From a virus (lineage: Duplodnaviria; Caudoviricetes), in the IMG/VR virus record IMGVR_UViG_3300037067_007633, positions 32,001 through 96,000 of that record: a stretch of 64,000 bases of DNA; one strand, given 5' to 3'. A program made the position numbers and the translations under genes. How positions within the stretch are numbered: position 1 is the first letter of the stretch; each line of letters starts with the position of its first letter. Below, one piece after another: positions 59,012 through 64,000 of the stretch. Under the pieces are notes generated by a model. The model made no database searches and was not told the origin of the DNA. It saw nothing but the letters and a program-made list of their open reading frames with translations.

Positions 59012-59947
59012 TTAGTTTACTTTGGCTTTTGTTAAATACCAATCTATAGTTTTCTTTAAGCCATCTTCCAGTGAAGTTTTAGCTTCAAATCCTAATACTC
59101 TTTTTGCCTTATCACTATTCATAGATTTACGCATTTGCCCATCCGTCTTAGTTGTATCCCAAACAATTTTCCCATTATATCCAACAATTTCACATACTTT
59201 ATATACTAATTGTGCAATACTAGTTTCTTCATCGGTAGTAATATTAATAAGTAATTCATCTGTATTGCTCTCTATTAATTTCAAAATTGATAAAGCAGCA
59301 TCTTCAACATAGGTAAATTGACGTGTTGGTTTTCCAGTTCCTAAAAAAGTAATTTCGGACAAATTGTTTTGTTTTGCATCAACAACTCTTTTGATAGTCG
59401 CCATTACCACTTTAGTTTTATCCATATCAAAACTATCATAAGGACCATACATGTTATTTATAATTGGACATAAGAATTTTATATTTGGAAATTGCTTATT
59501 AAGTGCCATTGAATAAATAATAGCATTTCTTTTTTGCATTCCGAAATAGAAAATACTTTTATTTGGTGGACCTTTAAATATAGATTCTTCTCTAATATCT
59601 TCATTAATATCGGGATATGCACAAGAAGAAATTGTGCTAATTACTTTTTCAACACTTTGGATTTGAGAAGCCGAACTTAATAAATTTAATGTCATCAACG
59701 TGTTATCGTGAAAAATTTTATCACAATTATTTTGATTCCAAATAATACCACCACTAAAAGCTGCTGCGTTAACAATAATGTCTGGAAGTTCTGATGATAA
59801 TAAACTATCCACTTCTGTTTTATTTAATAGATTACATCTTCTTCTAGTCATACAACTTAAACGGTGTTGTGTTGTATTTTTAATAACATTTTTAATATGT
59901 TCTGCAAAAAATCCGCCATTTCCTAAAAGTAATATATGTTTTTTCAT
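59012..59947 (-). CDS. fcl: GDP-L-fucose synthase-like SDR with variant active site
   Basis: AAFSGGI..N, SSCAYP, NMYGPYD, GTGKPTRQF.YVED, WDTTK.DGQ.RK. Confidence 0.75.
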   Translation of the reverse strand: MKKHILLLGNGGFFAEHIKNVIKNTTQHRLSCMTRRRCNLLNKTEVDSLLSSELPDIIVNAAAFSGGIIWNQNNCDKIFHDNTLMTLNLLSSASQIQSVEKVISTISSCAYPDINEDIREESIFKGPPNKSIFYFGMQKRNAIIYSMALNKQFPNIKFLCPIINNMYGPYDSFDMDKTKVVMATIKRVVDAKQNNLSEITFLGTGKPTRQFTYVEDAALSILKLIESNTDELLINITTDEETSIAQLVYKVCEIVGYNGKIVWDTTKTDGQMRKSMNSDKAKRVLGFEAKTSLEDGLKKTIDWYLTKAKVN

Positions 59948-60633
59948 TATAACTCCCACCTTGAAGGTTTTTCTAATTGACTATGTTCTATATAACTATA
60001 TCCAGATTTTTGTGTAACAATAGAGGGATAAATTGCATAACATTTGTGAGTTTGATGAATAAACTTATTACAAACTTCATCCATTGGTCCTATAGGTCCA
60101 TATTCTAACATCAAGTCAAAAATTCTATTATGAATTAAAACACAATGAAACCCCGCACTTCCATTAACTTGTCTAACATAATTATTCGCCATAGGCGAAC
60201 TGGTATTTTTATGATATGCCCCAAAATAAATCATATCCCATTTACTTTGTAAAAGAAAAGATTCGGCTTCTTCAAGTATTTCATCAAAGTCATTTTCTAT
60301 AAATGCGTCGTCCTCAACTATTAGTAGATTTTTTCTTTTTTCTAATAGGGCTTGTTCAATCATTTTTTTGTGGCATAAATAAGCGTTATAAGCATTAGGA
60401 TATTTACGCCAAGACGTTAATTCTTTTGTTGTGAATTTTGTTATTGGGGGACTTTCTATTAAATCTATGTGATTATAGTCTAAATCAATATTTTTACCAT
60501 TTCCAGCAATAAATGGAATTAAGTTAATTCCCTTATTAATAAAAGATAATTGTGTTGTACTTATCCATTCAATATAACGTTTATCTAATATTAAACACTG
60601 TGCTTTATCTATTTGTTCAATTAATTTAGACAT
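59947..60633 (-). CDS. Glycosyltransferase, GT25-like
   Basis: LCH...I, LIVEDDA, WDMIYFG, YP.IVTQ..GYS.I. Confidence 0.75.
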   Translation of the reverse strand: MSKLIEQIDKAQCLILDKRYIEWISTTQLSFINKGINLIPFIAGNGKNIDLDYNHIDLIESPPITKFTTKELTSWRKYPNAYNAYLCHKKMIEQALLEKRKNLLIVEDDAFIENDFDEILEEAESFLLQSKWDMIYFGAYHKNTSSPMANNYVRQVNGSAGFHCVLIHNRIFDLMLEYGPIGPMDEVCNKFIHQTHKCYAIYPSIVTQKSGYSYIEHSQLEKPSRWEL

Positions 60634-61495
60634 TTTTAAATTTGTACTCCACTTCTCTATGTGAACTCCATACTTGCTTACATTGAGTTAAAATATAATC
60701 TAAATCTATAACTTCGTTGTTAAGATATTTATCATTTAATTCTTTTAATGAATAAGGAAATTGTGTACCTGAGATCATAGGGGGATCTTGAACACAATTC
60801 GAGGGAATGTTAAAGAGAACACTATCGGGAAATGATGCCATCATTGGTTTACTTGTAAGGTGGCGAATTATCATTGATAGTTCACCTTCCCACTGACGTA
60901 GACAAGTAAATTGTTTATGTGTGGATATTTTATATAACTCTTTAGCGTGGTATATATGCCCATCTAGAGAGGGGTTGTATCCGAAATTTTGAAATTGATT
61001 TCTGACTTTCCAATTCCATTTTATCATTTTTATTTTATTTAATGATAATTGTTTTATCATTTCATCATCATTGATTAATGAAGGTTGTAATTCTCCAGTC
61101 ATATAATTTTGGACTATCGTATTAACACCAAGACGAAAACTAAAACAAAATACGTCATCTGTAAAATATTTTTCAATTTCTGATGAAGAAACATTAATAG
61201 GGCGGTAAAATAGACAATCATCAGTTAATCCACATATTAATTTTGTATTACATTCTAATATTCCTAAAAGAAAATCGGAATAAAACTCTTTTTCTTTTTG
61301 CCAAGTGATTTTAGAACAAAATGGTATTTTTTTGTTGTTAATTAGTTTTTCATACCCTCTTTCATATTCTTCATTAGAGGCTTTATAGATTATTTTAATT
61401 TCATTAAATAAATGTGGGCAAAAACGAGAAATACTTTGGAAAAGTAAATCTAGTTGTTGAGCACGGTCTTTAGATAATATTAGGGTGTTTATCAT
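60626..61495 (-). CDS. Glycosyltransferase, GT-A fold
   Basis: ILSKDRAQQL..L..SI; LTDD DxD-like motif. Confidence 0.65.
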   Translation of the reverse strand: MINTLILSKDRAQQLDLLFQSISRFCPHLFNEIKIIYKASNEEYERGYEKLINNKKIPFCSKITWQKEKEFYSDFLLGILECNTKLICGLTDDCLFYRPINVSSSEIEKYFTDDVFCFSFRLGVNTIVQNYMTGELQPSLINDDEMIKQLSLNKIKMIKWNWKVRNQFQNFGYNPSLDGHIYHAKELYKISTHKQFTCLRQWEGELSMIIRHLTSKPMMASFPDSVLFNIPSNCVQDPPMISGTQFPYSLKELNDKYLNNEVIDLDYILTQCKQVWSSHREVEYKFKNV

Positions 61496-61498
61496 ATT

Positions 61499-62440
61499 TT
61501 ACTCGTATTGATGTCTTATATTTAAAATTTTACTTGCCTTTAACAATTCTTCAATTCCTTCTTCAATACTATATTGACACTTAAAACCTTCACTATTCAA
61601 CCTTTGATGCGAAACAGAATAATCACGACAATCCAAATCTTTAGAAAATTCTGCATAATTTACAACACAATCTGTTTTCTTAGCAATATATTCTGCAACT
61701 TGTCTCTTCGACCAATTTAAATTATCATCACCACAATTATATAAATTATATCTTAAAGTATCTATATGTTCTAATCCCCAAATAATACTTCTACAAAAAT
61801 CTTTAATATGGATAAATGTTCGTTTAGCATCTGGTTCAAAAATTACTAAACAGCGTTCACTTACAGCACGATATACTAAATCGTTAATAAGGAGATTAAC
61901 CCGCATAGATGGACTGACACCAAAACAAGTTGCAAAACGGTAGGATAAAACATTTGGTTGGTTGGTTAAAGTTACTATGTGTTCTGCTTCTAGCTTGTGT
62001 CTTCCATATAATGATTGTGGATTTGTTTGACTTTCTTCCGTACAAATTTCTTCTAATTTTCCATAAACACTTCCCGTAGAAGCAAAAAATAATGGAATGC
62101 TATAACTAATTAAATTACGAGCTTCTAAAATATTTTTGGTCCCATTAACTGTTACATCATAAGAAAGCGACGGTTGTTTTTTACAGGCTGGAAAACCCAC
62201 TATACCAGCTAAATTAACTACACAATCACAATCTTTAATATTATCACGACAAACTTGTAAATCACAAACACTACCATTCACAAACTCAAAATTAACATTA
62301 TTAATAATGCTTAGTAATGCATCACATTGACCTTTATGGAAATTATCAACACACTTAACAGCATATCCACGATCTAAATATTGGCGGCATAAAACATTTC
62401 CGATATAGCCACCACCACCAAAAATTACTACCTTTCGCAT
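61499..62440 (-). CDS. NAD-dependent epimerase/dehydratase
   Basis: GGGGYIG, LAGIVGFPAC, STGSVYG, YGRHK, RFATCFG.SP.MR. Confidence 0.9.
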   Translation of the reverse strand: MRKVVIFGGGGYIGNVLCRQYLDRGYAVKCVDNFHKGQCDALLSIINNVNFEFVNGSVCDLQVCRDNIKDCDCVVNLAGIVGFPACKKQPSLSYDVTVNGTKNILEARNLISYSIPLFFASTGSVYGKLEEICTEESQTNPQSLYGRHKLEAEHIVTLTNQPNVLSYRFATCFGVSPSMRVNLLINDLVYRAVSERCLVIFEPDAKRTFIHIKDFCRSIIWGLEHIDTLRYNLYNCGDDNLNWSKRQVAEYIAKKTDCVVNYAEFSKDLDCRDYSVSHQRLNSEGFKCQYSIEEGIEELLKASKILNIRHQYE

Positions 62441-62454
62441 ATTATTTTCCCCTA

Positions 62455-63102
62455 TTAACCTATTGATTTAACTCTAAATAATGTTTGTATGTGAGGAGGT
62501 TGACCAACTTTATACAATTGCTTCGCAACCACATTATATTTCTCCATCATTTCTTTATGTGCTTTACTTTCACCAGCTTCAAATTCTTTATGTTCGGTCA
62601 TCGTACCCCCCCAATCGTCGTACCCAATTAGGGTGCCAGGTATTACAAGTTTATTTCTAAACATAAAGTCTAGCGACAATATAGCGGAGCTATAAATATC
62701 TCCATCAATATCTATATAGGACGCTGGTTTCATGTTATATCGACTGACAAGTTCGTCAACTAATACTGCGTCCCAAAATCCAGGAATTAAACAAATATTT
62801 GAATGTAATGGTGATAATCTTTCTTCAACATATCTTATAGCTTTTTCTTTAGTACAATTTAAAGTTTTAGCAGCACTACAAAAACCAACCTTCCATTCAT
62901 CCCTATTAAGTTTATCAAGCTTTTCTTCTGGAATACCTTCAAATGAGTCAAAACCGAATATTTTACGAATTGGAATTGCCACAGAATCTAAATCTTTAAT
63001 TAGAAATTCTATAGATCCACCGGTAAAAACTCCAAACTCGTAAATATCACCGTTTGGCTCTATGTAGTGTTTGACGATACTTCTCCAACTCATGCTTCGC
63101 AA
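62455..63102 (-). CDS. TylF/MycF-family O-methyltransferase
   Basis: EFGVFTG, GFDSFEG.P, IDIDGDIYSS, YDDW. Confidence 0.85.
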   Translation of the reverse strand: MRSMSWRSIVKHYIEPNGDIYEFGVFTGGSIEFLIKDLDSVAIPIRKIFGFDSFEGIPEEKLDKLNRDEWKVGFCSAAKTLNCTKEKAIRYVEERLSPLHSNICLIPGFWDAVLVDELVSRYNMKPASYIDIDGDIYSSAILSLDFMFRNKLVIPGTLIGYDDWGGTMTEHKEFEAGESKAHKEMMEKYNVVAKQLYKVGQPPHIQTLFRVKSIG

Positions 63103-63117
63103 TCCTTTTTATAAAAA

Positions 63118-63999
63118 TTATTGTAATTCTGTAAACATTTTAACGTATTGTTGTGGTGGCTCTATTGGATAAATAGTTAATAATATACTTCTTTTTATTA
63201 AAAGTTTATCATAATATTCTTTTACTTCTTTTTCTTCTTTTGTATCACGACATATTTTTTTATTTAATAATTCTATTGTTAATCTTTCGGTTGTATTTGG
63301 ACTTAATTTATAAATACCTACAAGGTAAGATACTTGATTCATATCATTTGGTTTTTCCCTATTTGGTATTTTAACCACTTTATTAATAGAAGGATAAGAT
63401 AATACTAATATTTCATGATCTATTAACTCTTGGTTAATATTTATTTTAAAAAATTCTACATTTCTTGGTTTATAATTATGTGTGCATATTTTAACAGTAT
63501 AGTTAATTCCAACCCTAGAATTATATTTATCACTAAAATCATCAACTCCCCATTCATTTACTTTTCCAGGAAGAATTCTAGAAGTTGCGGTGGGAGCCCA
63601 ATCATCTAAGTGTAATGACGGCAAATTATTTCCACAGTGTTTCTTGTTGTATTTTTCTGGATCAATTTTAAACATTTCCTTATTAATTTTTTCACCAATT
63701 ATTGGTAATTCCCAATCTTTATCTGGTCTTTTTATTGGTTTAATATTAATATATTCTTTTTTACTTTGGCGAATTATTTCTAAACGTATAATCTCACTTC
63801 GTTGAATTTCATCAATAATATTTAATACTGTTTTAACAGGCTTATCATTTACGGTTAAAATTATATCACCTATTAATAATCCGCTTTGTTGTGCCGGTTG
63901 TCCTTTTACCAAATCGCAAACAATTAATTCCGCATTCTTTTCTTTAGTATAAATACGCAAGTCATCACTAACTGGCAAAAATCCTGCACCGATCCATTT
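63118..63999 (-). CDS. PDZ-domain protein, 5' end outside the window
   Basis: V..LVKGQPAQQSGL.IGDIILTVND.PV; frame stays open to the window edge. Confidence 0.75.
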   Translation of the reverse strand, partial: KWIGAGFLPVSDDLRIYTKEKNAELIVCDLVKGQPAQQSGLLIGDIILTVNDKPVKTVLNIIDEIQRSEIIRLEIIRQSKKEYINIKPIKRPDKDWELPIIGEKINKEMFKIDPEKYNKKHCGNNLPSLHLDDWAPTATSRILPGKVNEWGVDDFSDKYNSRVGINYTVKICTHNYKPRNVEFFKININQELIDHEILVLSYPSINKVVKIPNREKPNDMNQVSYLVGIYKLSPNTTERLTIELLNKKICRDTKEEKEVKEYYDKLLIKRSILLTIYPIEPPQQYVKMFTELQ

Positions 64000-64000
64000 A

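Noticed and set aside
12529-63999. Stop-codon reassignment as in some large phages
   Set aside because: Long genes are intact in the standard code and no suppressor tRNA is seen.

Overview
This 64-kb window is part of a large, AT-rich, tailed dsDNA phage genome. It is probably a long-tailed siphovirus: there is a 1607-aa tape measure protein and no recognisable sheath. The host cannot be determined from the sequence. There are three blocks. (1) 1-12.4 kb, minus strand: an early/accessory region of small genes and two tRNAs, organised as short promoter-gene(s)-terminator units. The units are separated by a repeated element: a sequence-variable C(RNA/RNNA)G mini-hairpin, an AACCCCACAT core, often a second hairpin, and a terminator. 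The core sits at about 10-bp steps from a TTGACW-N16-GATAAT promoter. (2) 12.5-54.2 kb, plus strand: a phage sigma factor, an intein-containing GDP-mannose dehydratase, an ERCC4 nuclease, an intein-containing terminase, portal, protease/scaffold, capsid, many Ser-Gly-rich virion proteins, neck, tail tube, tape measure and tail tip. A GGTGTA motif precedes several of these operons. (3) 54.2-64 kb, minus strand: homing-type endonucleases, MazG, a putative annealing protein and a nucleotide-sugar/glycosyltransferase/methyltransferase cluster. The best candidates for undescribed systems are the helically phased DNA-hairpin cassette element and a possible Ser-Gly-directed virion glycosylation pathway. 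All calls come from motif recognition by eye; no searches were run.
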